Counted from the stretch's first letter, positions 11,982 to 26,089 are shown. The stretch is 64,000 nt of DNA from Macrostomum hystrix (GCA_950097015.1 CATNEN010000039.1:14136001-14200000); one strand, 5' to 3'. A program made the numbers and translations. The notes: generated by a model not told the origin, from the sequence alone.

Positions 11982-14408
11982 TGCTTCGAGAGTAACAGTA
12001 GCCGGTTAATTTAAATTCGGATCCGAGCCACTTACGGGGCTTAGCGATGTCGGCTCGAGTCGAAGGTCTCTTGCTCGAGACAAGCTCAAAAACGACAGAG
12101 AGACACGCACTCAAACTTTAAGAAAAAAAATGCTATCTAAGGAAAGGGCTGGCCTTTGCTTCCTGGATAGATGGACGAGTCTTATTGCCAATTGTCTCAG
12201 GCGGGGCAATAGACTTACCTGTAATTTTTTGTTTAGAGTAGGGGGGACAAAAGGGACCTAGAGACTTAGTCACAATGAGCTAGCAAATGACAAGCAATCA
12301 TATTTCCAACAGCTAAATATAAAATTACTTATATTATTTATTATAAAAATAAAATGCATGAATAACACGAATTTTTGTTATATTGATTGCACAAATTTTT
12401 AACTAAAATTAAACTATTACATTATTTTTAACCCCCTGCATTACTAATGCAAATAGCTATATAAGTTAAAAATAAGCTTACTTACCCACTTACCAATATT
12501 AACTTACCAACAAAGTTGTAATTAGAAATCACAAAAATAAATACATGAGAACTTAAAACACTTGAACAAAAATGCTGTTAAATCCATAAAAGCATGTAAT
12601 TAAAGTCTTGTTTTACACTATCCTTTAACCTAATTTTAGGATCTGCACATATTACACAACATTTTCACTAATATTTCACCCATATACCCAAGCTGACAAA
12701 CAAACTGGTTGTACCACATCAAGCTACTTAACAGAAACTTTATGTTGAAACTTTTTATGGCTAATAGTTATTCCATATCCAGACATATCAACCTCTAAAA
12801 TGCAGCTGAACCTCTAACTAGTATATCCTCAAATCTAGTATGACCTTTTGGTACTTTAAAAAAGTACAAAAGTGTATGTTGTATACTACTTGATTAGTTA
12901 CTTACGCTACTTACCAATAGTGGCAATACTTACCTACCCTCCTATCACTTACCAAACCTCTAAGACTGCCAATACTTGGGAAAAATTTCAATTTGCCATG
13001 TTGATTTAGGTTTGCCTAAAATGGACAAAGTTGAAAAAGAAAGTATTTGTTTACTAAATACTTTATAAGTCTCTATGGATACATACTATAATGATCCATA
13101 AAAATCTATTAAATAATGTTAATAGAAAGGCTCAGAAAAAATAATAAACCATTAAAACCTTAGAGCACTTAAGAAATAAAATAGACAAGGCATGTGTTGA
13201 CTACCAAGTAAAACATTTGTAGAAAATTAATAAAAAATGTTATATTAATTATGCTAATTATCAGCCAATAATAATATCATAAACTAACAAATAAAGTTTA
13301 CCAATATTTTGACTAACTTTGACTAAATTTGCTAGCTTTTTAAATCGAACTTAGGTACTGTGCAATACATTTTTATTGAAAACAAATTTAAATTAATACA
13401 AAGTCTACACACTGTGAAGCCCAAAAGATCACATTGATAAATTCAATTCATATTGACTAAAAATTTACTTTATTATTAAATTTCAACTATTACCATATAT
13501 TACTACTGCTATTTGGAAATGTCTAAATAGATATTTGGAAATGTCTAATAACTATACCCAAGGTATCCAAATTGTGTTTAGAATGCTAATTTATTATATA
13601 GGTACATTTAAAAAGTTGGGCATTTCTCTTGAATAACTTGTTAAACTTTTTCATTTCAGATTGGTGTGAAAACAAGGGAAACAATGAACAAAGAAACAAT
13701 TAATTTGAAATGGTGATATAACAAGTCAATACTTGTGTCAAAACTCAGCAGGGGTAATAATGGTCAATCAAGAACATCATGCAGTCAAAAGCATTGATAG
13801 GGTGAAACCAGTGCCAGCTATGTAGTCCAGAACCACCATCATGCACTTTGTTGAACCACAGTCCACCATGCCCACTGACCATGTTAGAAGGCACCTTGAT
13901 GGTAATTATGATATATGACATAGGACTCATCAACCTACACATCAACATCAGGGCCACCAAGCTAGACTGGGTAGTCTACTGGGTGCCTCTAGCACCTAGG
14001 CCATTAAATTGTTTGCTGGCTGTCTTGTGTCAACCCAGCCAACTCTGCCAGCTTCTCTTAGTCAGCTTGATAGTGTTGTGTAGCAAGTTTAGATTCACAA
14101 TAGATGGTTCTCCATGGCAGTCTCCTAGCATGGTGTTGATATACTTATTAGGTTGATAAAACATAATTCTGAGACTGAGTGTTAATACTTCCACACAAAA
14201 ACAAGTCAGACAAAAACTGATCCCTTTGGGCCATAGACACTCCCAAGTATCACAGTCACATCAGACCACATGCAGATTCTTGCATTTTCATACTAATCTG
14301 AAATAAAAATTGTTTTAACAAATTAAAAAAGAATGCCAACATTTGAAGTAGCAAATTTAATAATATATATAGTAAAGCATTTAAATTAAAATGGAGCCCA
14401 CAAAGACT

Positions 14409-14946
14409 CCAAAGTCCGGATCATGCTGGACTTACGCCGGAGGAAAAATCCAACATTTTTGGCACTTACGCCAGACTTACGCCAACCAAAAAAAGGTCCC
14501 TCTGACTTACGCCACCCAAAAAAAGGTCCTTCACAAATCATGTTAATCGGTGATTAATTAAATTCAGAAGTTGCAACTGTTTAAAAATCTCACAAGTTGC
14601 AAATTCTGAATCAAGTATCAAAGTAAGCATCTTAAAGCTAAAAAAACTTTTGCTATCCTACAATAGATATTCTGCTATCTCATTTATACGAACTGCAATA
14701 TTTTAATGAACTTTGTTTTAATGCTGCTCCTAATTAACGCAAACATCATAATTAACGCAAATGTGTTATGTTCTATAGTAATACATATGATCGTGATTCA
14801 CGATCGTGGTGATCGTGGTTACGCCAACCACTTACGCCACCAGATTTTTTGGTCAAAAGTTACGCCAACCTTATGCCGACCAACATATTTATCAGCAACA
14901 TTTACGCCGGAAATTTCCGCCGTAACCAGCATGATCCGGACTATGG
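14409..14946. mobile_element. MITE with 21-bp TIR and 8-bp TSD (hAT- or P-like)
   Basis: TIR CCAWAGTCCGGATCATGCTGG at both ends; TSD CAAAGACT at 14401-14408 and 14947-14954; repeated internal TTACGCC motif. Confidence 0.88.
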
Positions 14947-17900
14947 CAAAGACTTATTCAATGTATTCACCTTAGTATATCTTGCTTGTAACTTGGTCTT
15001 AGATCCAGGTATACTCCTCAACTTTTTATTTGTCAAATGTGTTGACCAGTTTACTATGTTTCTAAGTAAATTTGCCAACTTCACTTTAGTATAAAAAGTA
15101 TAGTGACATAATTTGTATAACCAATGAAATTTAATTAAAGGCTACTGTAAATGAATGATCTTGATATTTATTTACTGTAAATAAATTCTTTTTCTTGAAT
15201 ATATCATTATAGACTATAAATGACTACTGCTTTTTTTATAAAATGACCTAATTACAGATACTAGTGCTTCCTATTTCTGCATGTTTTGTTTTTTTAACTT
15301 TATACACTGAAATTTGTAAAGTTCATGAAATTATATTGAATATATTTTCAAACTAAGTTTTGTACTTTTTAATAGTAGGGCCTATACTTTGTAGAGCTTA
15401 GATAATTGATACTTGCTTACATACATGCACACATACGTGTAGGGTAATGTATCATCAACCGAACAGTGTATCTTCAAAACCGAACAAGAATTTTGACTCC
15501 TTCCTTCGTCTCGTGCAAGACAGAAACAAGCTATTGTGTTTCACAGAACAACTAATTTGAAAGTTGAAGAAATTATCTACAAGCTGAGGCATGATGTGCA
15601 ATGAAGCATTAAGAGGAAAGAAAGATATTGATGTTTCAGTAGAAATTTTTATTGCAAAATCATACTTTTTAACAACATTTTTTCAGTATGTACTTTAGAC
15701 AAAGATTGTATGTGGTTGCTTGCCAATTAAATGACCATAAATGTAGTTACTTATAGAGCATGAAAAATGCTTTCAAATGACATAATTCATGATAGTTCAC
15801 TCCTTAAAATAAGATTAAACCACTCACTCAAATTTTAAAACCAAACATCAAATTCTCTGTTTGGTTTGAAGATATATGAAAATCATTGTTCGGTTTTAGA
15901 AAAAAAGCAGGAATAACTTTTTTTCTATTTGACAAAATAGCAAAAGCAGATACTTTTTAGAAAGATGTAACTGTTTTCTATAACTTGGCTTTAGATTTAT
16001 AATCATATTCAACTAATCAACAATAGGCCTACCAATAGATTTTCAGATTTTAATAATTTTCCAATATTATTATTAATAATGCCCAGCTTGTCCCCACGGT
16101 GGTAGCTTACTCAAATAACATCAGTTCACACCATATATACACTGTTAATGCTCTTATGGCTGGCTGACATAGCAACTACAACTCCTATTTAATTGTATTC
16201 AGCCAAAAAGGCTGAACAGATTCTAGCACTATCTATATATATTACGCGGCAGACAAACTATCACAAGCATCATGTGGTAGTGATACTTTTATTCTAAAGA
16301 CAGCTGACAGCTTTATACATGTTAGCTTGAATACATAGGCCCTAGTATAGTATGTACTTAACTCACTTCTTATGAAACTGTTCACTGTTCAGTGTTAATC
16401 GGTAATTCAAAGTAGATAGGTAGCTCTTAAAGCTTAAGACTTACAACTCTAACAGCTAGAACGAGTACTTGTGCTATAAGTATGACTAGGCCTGGCCTAT
16501 GACTGTATTGCTTGGTTCTGCAACTTGGTTATGGTTTCTGCTGGGTTAGGTCTATAATCAACAAACCACTAAGACTCGAGATAAAAAACTAAAACGCAAA
16601 GCACTCTAAAACCATTAAATAGTTAACTTTTTTTGTATCGCTATTCGCTAATACTAAACTAATAGCGAAGACTAGCTGCTGCTGCATAAATTATGTAGTA
16701 GCCTGACTTATATTTAAATGTGTTGAAACCTTTGTCTATTAATTGGCAATTTTAAAAGCAGCTGATACTGTTTATAACAACCTATATTTAATTTTTGCAC
16801 CATAATAAAAAAGTGTAATGAGTTTTTTATAAGTTTTTTAAAATACAAGTTTTAACTGTTAAGTTAAGTTTAATCAACTTTACCTACTTAAAGTTAACAA
16901 GAATTCAATTATTAAAAAACGCTAGCTTCGGGTCAAGCTGTTCATAACACTAACAGAATTGATTAGCTTTAACGGACTTGCGCAAAACTAACTTTTCACT
17001 GCTTAAAAAACTACAAAAAAGTTATCTGCAAATTTTAACAGTCTTTAATTTCTTTAACTTCGTTAACCATGATTTACTTCTCAACTCGGTTTAGTGCCAA
17101 TCACTGCATCATGGCTTCATGATCAGTCCGGGACCGGGCTATAAACTGCAATTCTTTCTTAGTAGGTAAAAGCTAAACTGGTTCGTTGCTGGCTTATTCT
17201 TTGTCTGAGTTACTTTAGATTAGACTTTTGACTGCTGAACTGACTCAAAACAAGTTCCTAAGCTTTTATGGCTTGGCTATTCCGATTCATTAGAGTTTGC
17301 TTTTCTGAAGTTACTCAGATTCACTAATTCTGTTCAATTTCTTCAATTCTTTTTGATGGCTGCAGGCTAGCCTCCAGCTACAACGGTTCCTGGACACTCG
17401 TCAGAAACCGTCATCTGCGTCATCCTCGTCATCTGCAGCTTTTTCTCATCTCGAAGACAAAGTGTCCAGGGTCTAAAGAGAGTGGATGACATAGTGACCA
17501 AAGACTTGTAGACACTTCGTCATCTCTAATGATTTAAGGCACGGTGCATACATGTCCAACCAATTTTAGCAAATTGCTGTCTTTGTGCTTCGCATGAATT
17601 TAGAATTTTGTAGTTAGATTGTAGTTTGAAATTGACCATCTTATTGTCGGTAGGCAAGTTTTCTTTGTTATTAACTTCATTACTTATATTACTTAGATTT
17701 CCCCAGTCTGTCTGACAAGCGAACCAACTAACTAATACGGCGTTATAACGATCACTTTTTTTACCGTTTGAATTTACAATCGATGAATTTAAATGAATGA
17801 ATTTAAACATTTGTCATCTCATAGCTGGAACAGGAACCTCACAGCCCTCAGTTTGCCCTCAGTTTTCCGTATACTGTACGCATCGGCAACTATAAATAAG

Positions 17901-18881
17901 GTGAACACGCTAGTTTCTATTGATGGTTGACAAACTGACCTAACTTTAAATAAGATTCGCCAATTGGCTGGATGACGAAGTGTCCGAACTTATAAGTTGA
18001 TGACGAAAGATGACTAAAAAGCAGATAAAAGAACTACAAATCCAGGAACCATAAACTCGCGTTCCCGCTATAGTCTTGGGTGTTGTGAGGTGGTTGTTTA
18101 ATGCATGCACCCGTTTGCTCCTTCTAGTTATTGGCTGGCCTATCAGTGTTATACGAATAGCCAGCCTATAGTTGGGACGCGGATGCTCGACTAAAGCAGC
18201 ATTGCATCGGTCGCCATCTCATTGTCCGTGTGGTTTCGTGTCAACTCGGCGCCGGATTTGACAAAGAAAGCCGCTATACTGCCCTACTTCTGCGAGGCGC
18301 CAAGCGAGAGCAGGAATTGCTATGTCAAGGAAGCGACCAATTTCGTTGCTGGAAGTGCATCGACGAGTCAACTCTTCTGATGGCCTTCAGCAGCTGGGCA
18401 GTCACCGTCTGCTGTTGGTGGAGCATGTCTAGCTTACTGCCATGGCCACGGAAAAGGTCCGGCACGTGTGCGTTGCGCTGACACTCTTATGGTGTCAGAG
18501 TGTAGGGACTAGGTGTAGGGACTAGGGACTCTAGTTGAAGTTCCGATCATTCTGTCTCGTTGTGACTCTTTGTCGCTTACCCTCCTTTTCTTTGTTGTCT
18601 TTGTCGCTTGTCGCAAAGTTTGTGCCTCTCACGTGCTTCTTTGTTTGTGCACAAAATGACTACTTTCAAACATCAAGCAGGTTTAACTGATCATTGTGCG
18701 GCTTGCACAGAAGTATTAAAAAATAATTCGGAACAGAGATATACTCTCGTATGTATATATTTTGTCATAAAATATGACAAGCCTGGCATACTTGAGATTT
18801 GCAACGGAAATCGATAAGTTTTTGTTATTGAGTTTAGACTTTTAGCGCCTTGATTTTTCAGCCCATTTTCAGACAGAACTT

Positions 18882-20294
18882 TCAATAAAAGCTACATTCC
18901 AACCAACGGCGCCAAAAAAACAGCGCAAGCAGCATCGCTAGCAGCATCGTGCAGCCCAGCAGTTTGGATACGAACAGCAAACTCTGGTGCCTAGCATCCG
19001 CAGCAGTCGGGGCTGCACCCGCAGCAGTCGGAGCTGCACCCGCAGCCGTCCTGGCTGCACCCGCAGCAGTTGTGGTTGCACCAGCAGCAGTCGTGGCTGC
19101 ACCCGCAGCAGTCGGGGCTGCACCCGCAGCAGTCGGAGCTGCACCCGCAGCCGTCCTGGCTGCACCCGCAGCAGTCGTGGTTGCACCAGCAGCAGTCGTG
19201 GCTGCACCCACGTCAGTCCTGGCTGCACCCGACGCTGTCGGGGTTGCACCCCCGGCAGTCCTGGCTGCACCCGCAGCAGTCGTAGTTGCACCCGCGGCAG
19301 TCCTGGCTGCACCCGCGGCAGTCCTGGCTGCACCCGAAGCAGTCGTAGTTGCACCCGCAGCAGTCGTGGTTGCACCCCCGGCAGTCCTGGCTGCACCCGC
19401 AGCAGTCGTGGTTGCACCCGCGGCAGTCCTGGCTGCACCCGCAGCAGTCCTAGCTGCACCCGCAGTAGTCGGGGCTGCACCCGCAGTAGTCGGGGTTGAA
19501 CCCGCAGTAGTCGGGGTTGAACCCGCAGCAGTCGTGGTTGCACCCGCAGCAGTCGGGGCTGCACCCGCAGCAGTCGGGGCTGCACCCGCAGCAGTCGTGG
19601 TTGCAGGCGGAGGGAACATTCGTAATTTGCTACAATTAGACTTTGCTGCGATTAAATTAAAAGTGCATTCGTAGAGTTCAAGGTCCTTTTGGAGAGGAAT
19701 CCATTGGTTATACATTATTCTGACATAATATTCACAGTCGATAAAGGTTTCGATTGGCGTAACAATAAGCGCTTTAGAAACAATTTTAAGGCACTTTTCT
19801 GATGGAGGGCAAAACCTTTCAGCTGCAAATGGCATTGTTCCAAACAATTTTGTGTAGGTAAGGCATGATACCAGATCACGTTCTAGATCATTGATCAAGT
19901 TAAATACACTCGCTTTATTGCAGTTATCACCCGTGCAGTCTTTGCAATATTTTGTAGTGGGACTGGCGCCGCAACCATATTTCAGTTTCTAAAAAAAGTT
20001 TCCGCATAGGGCAAAATTTATAGAGCACACTGTTGCTTTGTGATTTCGAATTGATATGCTGATTAAATTATTTTAATTCATTCGGTCGCTCACCACTTGG
20101 CCTTTAGTTGGATGATATTCCACTTTACACTTGGTGACGCTGGCAGGAGTACAATCTGTATCAGTATCGGCCTTCTTATATTCAGAAAGCATTACTCTTT
20201 CATTTTTCGACCAGATACATTTAATACAATCAGCCAGCTGAATGCCTCCAAGTGCAAGAAACACGCCAACAATAACCAGCTTCATAGTCGTCAT
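18882..20294 (-). CDS. Paralogue A: Ly6/uPAR-like two-domain surface protein with long Thr/Ala stalk; exons 20294-20094 and 19988-18882 (435 aa)
   Basis: Signal peptide MTTMKLVIVGVFLALGGIQLADC; phase-0 GTGAG...TTTTAG intron; YGCG..YCKDCTGDNCN LU-type end; second 6-Cys domain; 29 x 7-aa repeats; hydrophobic segment then WRRW tail. Confidence 0.88.
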
Positions 20295-20339
20295 GATTTC
20301 CAGCTTCGATTCCGAATAGCCCAGTTAGATTTGGTCGAT

Positions 20340-21357
20340 TAGCTGGCAGGTGGCAGTTGAACTGCAGTCAATTCTTGATCAGAGTAGCAACGGCTGAGTA
20401 GAATCGGCCAGAATGCTCAGTCGAGTGTTGTCAGTTGTTGGATTTGATTCTTCGTTTCGGGCCGCTGCCCCTTCAATATGCTGCAGAAAATGCAGGTCCG
20501 AGCCGGCTCGGTCTAAGGCAGCGCTGGCTGACACAGGGGTGCCCGCCTTTTGTCTATGGCAAATTTCAGCTCTACTTTGCTTTTTTCGTGCATGACTTTT
20601 CTGAGATGAACTTTTGTGTTGTACTATTAGAAATCTTTCTAGCTTATTGGAGTTTCTCTCTAACAAAGAAGTATTGCACTTTACAAGCATCGAATGAATG
20701 TTTCCCATGGGCCCATATTTGACAGACTTTTTAGACAGAGCCAGGTTAACGAAAACTAGTTACTTTTCTTCAATCACATCAAATCGTTCTTTCTCAGATT
20801 CATCCGCACCTCAGATCCCACATCCTATACCACAGATCCCATATCCCAGAAAATACATCAAGTATGGGATGCCGCTGATCCTACATCCGAGATCCTATAT
20901 CTCATTCGACAGACCTCAGATCCCAAATCGCAGATCCTGAATCACAGATCCTGAATCGCAGATCCTGAATCGCACATTCCGAATCGTGATCGAAAAAGCA
21001 CTTTCAAGTTCCAATCAACCCGAATAATAATAGAGAGCGGAGAGACAGGATTTTGAAGTGTCTGGGTGGGGTCTCACAATGAGTCGTGCTCATGGGATTG
21101 TCTACACTGCTCTTACCACCACTTTGCAAAACGATGCTGCGGAAGCAACGACTGACAAGACTGAAGAGGCACAAAAAAGATTAGACATTGAGGCCTTGGC
21201 AACAAGACATTATAGTTGAGACACGCTTAGAAGATGAGACAGTGGAGAGATGAGACGGACAAAAAGTAAAGGGGAGAAATGAGGCAAGCACGAGACTTGA
21301 AAAATAAATTGATGAGACAAGAGATATGTGACACCGTCTTAGATAAGATTTCTTATC
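20340..21357 (-). promoter_or_regulatory. Conserved ~1-kb upstream module of the LU-like family (putative promoter/5' UTR)
   Basis: Near-identical copies at 46735-47112 + 48015-48124 + 62310-62790 (copy D), 53255-54086 (copy E, inverted) and a short piece at ~23097-23230 (copy B); regulatory role inferred from position only. Confidence 0.55.
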
Positions 21358-21923
21358 TTGAGTGTCTAACAGTCTTGGGTTGCTAACAGTCTTGGGTGTC
21401 TAACAGTCTTGAGTGTCTAACAGTCTTGGGTGTCTAACAGTCTTGGGTGTCTAACAGTCTTGGGTGTCTAACAGTCTTGAGTGTCTAACAGTCTTGGGTG
21501 TCTAACAGTCTTGGGTGTCTAACAGTCTTGGGTGTCTAACAGTCTTGGGTGTCTAACAGTCTTGGGTGTCTAACAGTCTTGGGTTGCTAACAGTCTTGGG
21601 TGTCTAACAGTCTTGAGTGTCTAACAGTCTTGGGTGTCTAACAGTCTTGGGTGTCTAACAGTCTTGGGTGTCTAACAGTCTTGAGTGTCCAACAGTCTTG
21701 AGTGTCTAACAGTCTTGGGTGTCTAACAGTCTTGGGTGTCTAACAGTCTTGGGTGTCTAACAGTCTTGGGTGTCTAACAGTCTTGAGTGTCTAACAGTCT
21801 TGGGTGTCTAACAGTCTTGGGTGTCTAACAGTCTTGAGTGTCTAACAGTCTTGGGTGTCTAACAGTCTTGGGTGTCTAACAGTCTTGGGTGTCTAACAGT
21901 CTTGGGTGTCTAACAGTCTAACA
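21358..21923. repeat. 17-bp minisatellite (GTCTAACAGTCTTGGGT)
   Basis: Tandem array terminating the upstream module of copy A. Confidence 0.97.
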
Positions 21924-23002
21924 GAAAAGGTTTGAGTTATAGTGAAAAGTTACAGAAAGGTTTGAGCTTGGCAAAGTTAAAATAGCAGACCAAGCTATAA
22001 ACACAAGACAAAATCTCAAACTAAACTTAAATAAAGTTTCTTCAAATTTGCGTAAAATCATTTTACTAACAATATGAAAGCATTTTAGTTAAAAATTGTT
22101 TGCAGTCTATTTTATTTGTTTTTTTACAACTTTTTAACAACGGAAGAATTGCAGTGATTTAGTTTCTTGTGCTTAAGTTGAACGCCGCCTTTTTCACTTA
22201 TTCAATTTTTTAATACTGGTCCACTGTCATATCAAAACTGCCAAATGTTCATTTAAATTCTGATTAGCCTTGCCCTTAGCCAATGCAATTAAGCATAGTT
22301 TCAGCAAAAAATTAATTTGGATCGCCAACTATTACCGACATTTAATCGAAAAATAGGCTAAAGTTTGTTATGAATTTGGTTATCAAGATTTAAATAGGAC
22401 ATATTAACAGTCATTTAAATGTTTTAATTTGATCGTTTTGTTATTAATAAACGTAGACAAAGCCAAAGGCGTTAAAAATAGCTGTGCTTGACAAAATGAT
22501 AAATCGTGGTGATACAGGCGTATTTGAGTTATTTGTACATCTAGATTGCTGTGTGAGAACTATACAAAAACCCGACCCCCGGTTTTCTATCTAAGCGCTG
22601 TCGCATGCGACCAATTGCCAGCCTAGCTCCCAGGTCATCGGCGCCATCTTGATCATCCACTTCTGCCAGTCGAAAACCATCCTCATCATCATGGACATCC
22701 TCGACGCGCTGGTTGTCAAGGAAGCCGTGTTGATCGAGTCCTCAAACGCCGTCGCTGACGCAGCCACCGCCTAGCAACGCAGGCCTGCATGGCTAGGAAC
22801 ACTAGCAGGAGGCAGTCACAGGCTACGCACAATGTCAGGCCGGCGCCAGGTTGGCCAGAGCTGACGTGGCTCCGGCCGATTCGCTAGCCGCCTCAGAGCG
22901 CAGTCTGGCTACGGCGTGGGCGACGACTCGCTAACTGCGGCCGCCAGCAGCAGGCGAAAAGAACGTGATGCACCGGAAATTTCTAAGCTGATTTAGGAGC
23001 TA

Positions 23003-23075
23003 ACTTGTAGCCTAGTGGTTAGAGCTTCGGAATTTCGACCGAGAGGTCTGGAGTTCTAATATTAGCCCAGGGTAA
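23003..23075 (+). mobile_element. Possible degenerate tRNA-derived SINE head
   Basis: A-box-like TAGCCTAGTGG and weak B-box-like GAGTTCTAAT at tRNA spacing; no proper cloverleaf. Confidence 0.35.
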
Positions 23076-23276
23076 ACGAAGGGATTCACCTTCCCCGAAG
23101 GGGCAGCGGCCCGAAACGAAGAATCAAATACAACAGGTGACAACACTCGACTAAGCATTCTGGCCGATTCTACTCAGCCGTTGCAAATCGGATCAAGAAT
23201 TGACTGCAGTTCAACTGCCACCTGCCAGCTAATCGACCAAATCTAACTGGGCTATTCGGAATCGAAGCTGGAAATC

Positions 23277-24433
23277 ATGACGACTATGAAGCTGGTTATT
23301 GTTGGCGTGTTTCTTGCACTTGGAGGCATTCAGCTGGCTGATTGTATTAAATGTATCTGGTCGAATAATAAGAGTACTATTTTCTGAATATAAGAGTGCC
23401 GATACTGAAACATATTGTACTCCTGCCAGCGTCACCAAGTGTAAAGTGGAATATGATCCAACTGAAGGCGAAGTGGTGAGCGACCGAATGAATTAAACTA
23501 ATTTAATTCGCATATCGATTCGAAATCATAAAGCTCTATAAATTTTGCCCTGTGCGGGAACCTTTTTTAGCCACTGACATATGGTTGCGGCGCCTGTCCC
23601 CGTACAAAATATTGCAAAGACTGCACGGGTGATAACTGCAATAAAGCGGGTGTATTTAACTTGACCAACGATCTAGAACGTGATCTGGTACCATTCCTTT
23701 TCTTATTTAAAGAAGTTGTTACAGAAAATGAAGAAATAATTGAAAACTATTGCCCTGCATCACAAAGGTGTCTTGAAATGGTTTCTAAAAGCCTAGTGTT
23801 ACGCAACTTGATACCTTTATCGACTGTGAACATAATGTCAACCTTGTGTATAACGAATGGACTTTGGACCAAAAAAATTTTGAACGCTACGAATGTACAC
23901 CAAACGCAGCAAAGTCTAATTGTATCACATTACGAATGTACACTTCGTCTGCAACCACGACTGCTGCGGGTGCAACCACGACTGCCGTTGGTTCAACCCC
24001 GACTACTGCGGGTGCAGCCAGGACTGCTGCGGGTGCAGCCCCGACTGCTGCGGGTGCAACCCCGACTGCTGCGGGTGCAACCACGACTTCTGCGGGTGCA
24101 ACCACGACTACTGCGGGTGCAACCACGACTGCTGCGGGTGCAGCTAGGACTGCTGCGGGTGCAACTACGACTTCTGCGGGTGCAACCACGACTGCTGCGG
24201 GTGCAGCTAGGACTGCTGCGGGTGCAGCCAGGACTGCCGCGGGTGCAACCACGACTGCTGCGGGTGCAGCCCCGACCGCCGCGGGTGCAGCCCCGACTGC
24301 TGCGGGTGCAGCCCCGACTGCCGCGGATGCTAGGCACCAGAGTTTGCTGTTCGTATCCAAACTGCTGGGCTGCACGATGCTGCTAGCGATGCTGCTTGCG
24401 CTGTTTATTTGGCGCCGTTGGTTTTGTTGTTGA
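23277..24433 (+). pseudogene. Paralogue B of the LU-like family, frameshifted; exons 23277-23475 and 23571-24433
   Basis: 2-nt deletion at ~23370 gives TGA at 23385; 1-nt deletion at ~23795; conserved VPC changed to VPF; 18 stalk units; splice sites retained. Confidence 0.82.
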
Positions 24434-25031
24434 TTTTTTATATTTTCTTTTGAATCTTCTTTTCATGTGTTGATGTATTGAATGTAGCTTTTATTGAAAG
24501 TTCTGACTGAGAGTGTGCTGAAAAATCAAGGCGCTAAAACGAAGAGGAAGCGACAAAGACAATGTCATGCCGCAAATGACTGAGAAAAGTTAATTCTGCT
24601 AGTTTGAGAACAAGGCGAGCAAAATTCTATAATTCAGTGTTCGATAATCAATAGCGAGACATTATATAGCGATCAGGGTAGAGTGGTGGAAGGTGACAAT
24701 AGTTGGGGTGGTGGGCTAGGCGCACACAGGTAGGCAGAATGTATTAGAGAGAATGAGTATGTGCCTGCAGTTGATTAAAATAAGTGAGAACAAAATATAG
24801 TAAACAAGTTGCGTTGCAAAATAAGCCAGGCAACTCAAATTCACTTGAACTCAAACGCCGCCTCAGACAACAAAGAAAAGGAGGGTAAGCGACAGAGTCA
24901 CAACGAGACAGAATAAGGAACTTCAACTAGAGTCCCTACACCATCCGCAAACACGGCGGACGCCGCCATGCCCTGCTGAATCTGCGGGAGGTACCGCTGC
25001 AGTCTTGACAAGTAACTTGTCAGTCAGATTT

Positions 25032-25275
25032 CTGTCAGTGCTGTCTCTTGATGTCTGTCAGTGCTGTCTCTTGATGTCTGTCAGTGCTGTCTCTTGATGT
25101 CTGTCAGTGCTGTCTCTTGATGTCTGTCAGTGCTGTCTCTTGATGTCTGTCAGTGCTGTCTCTTGATGTCTGTCAGTGCTGTCTCTTGATGTCTGTCAGT
25201 GCTGTCTCTTGATGTCTGTCAGTGCTGTCTCTTGATGTCTGTCAGTGCTGTCTCTTGATGTCTGACAGTGCTGTC
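25032..25275. repeat. 23-bp minisatellite (CTGTCAGTGCTGTCTCTTGATGT)
   Basis: About 10 near-perfect units. Confidence 0.95.
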
Positions 25276-26089
25276 TGACAGGGTACTAAATCTAGCGTGC
25301 TTCTCGATTGCCAACACCGGGCACAGTGGCGGCCGCCTTGCTAGCCTCGGTAGAAGCACCTGGTGCACCAGCTCCTTGAACTGGAGAGTTTCCCATTGCT
25401 CCAGGCGCAAGATCAGGCCTCGCTGGCAGTAAGCTAGACATGCCCCACAAACAGCAGACGGTGACTCCCAGCTGAAGGCCATCAGAAGAGTTGACTCGTG
25501 TCTGCTGCGCATCTGACCCAATTGGGGCAGGTGGAATCAATTATTATAATTATTATAATTATCTCAAGTACATGGGAGTCTATCCCCTAACAATAATGTA
25601 AGCTGTTTTGATAATTAGTAGAGCCTTACAAGACGTGCCTCACAGCCTGTGAGAACTGTGCATAGGCACCTATAGTGTTTGTGGTGGCGCCATGTGCGTG
25701 CATCAGATTTCAAGTCGTCGATGAACACAGATGAGCTTTGATAACTGTTCGAGTCTCATTTGTTTTTCAATAGTAAAATATTTGTTTTGAAATGGATCTT
25801 CTTGTTCTCTATGTTTTTATAAGTTTTTTAACACTTTGCACTAATTTCTACTAATTTCTACTAATTTCTGAATGCTTTAATGCGAAACAAAGCATTTGAA
25901 TATTATTACTTGTGTTGTTAAATATACCTTATTGGCAGCTGCAATTAGCTCGTATTTTGTTATCAATCAACCGAGTTATTCTAAAGACAGGTGTATGTTG
26001 TTATAATGCTTCAAAACAAGTGCATGGTCACAGTAAACCGAGTACACGGAGGAAAGAATACGAGCTAGAATGGAGTGCCAATCTGAGCG

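Noticed and set aside
12117-12222. ACTTACCTG near SNRNP70, resembling the U1 snRNA 5' end
   Set aside because: No U1 body follows; it reads as a minus-strand donor (possible 5' UTR intron) that cannot be confirmed without cDNA
18938-19674. Alternative-frame and antisense ORFs over the LU stalks (RVQPRLL, AAVGAAP, Cys-rich)
   Set aside because: By-products of the 21-bp coding repeat; only one frame links to the Cys domains and anchor
20379-20708. 109-119-aa ORF conserved upstream of copies A, D and E
   Set aside because: Conservation follows from near-identity of the duplicated DNA and there are no protein-like features; a uORF is not excluded without transcript data
23003-23075. Functional tRNA gene
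   Set aside because: T-arm/B-box and acceptor stem are degenerate; kept only as a low-confidence SINE head
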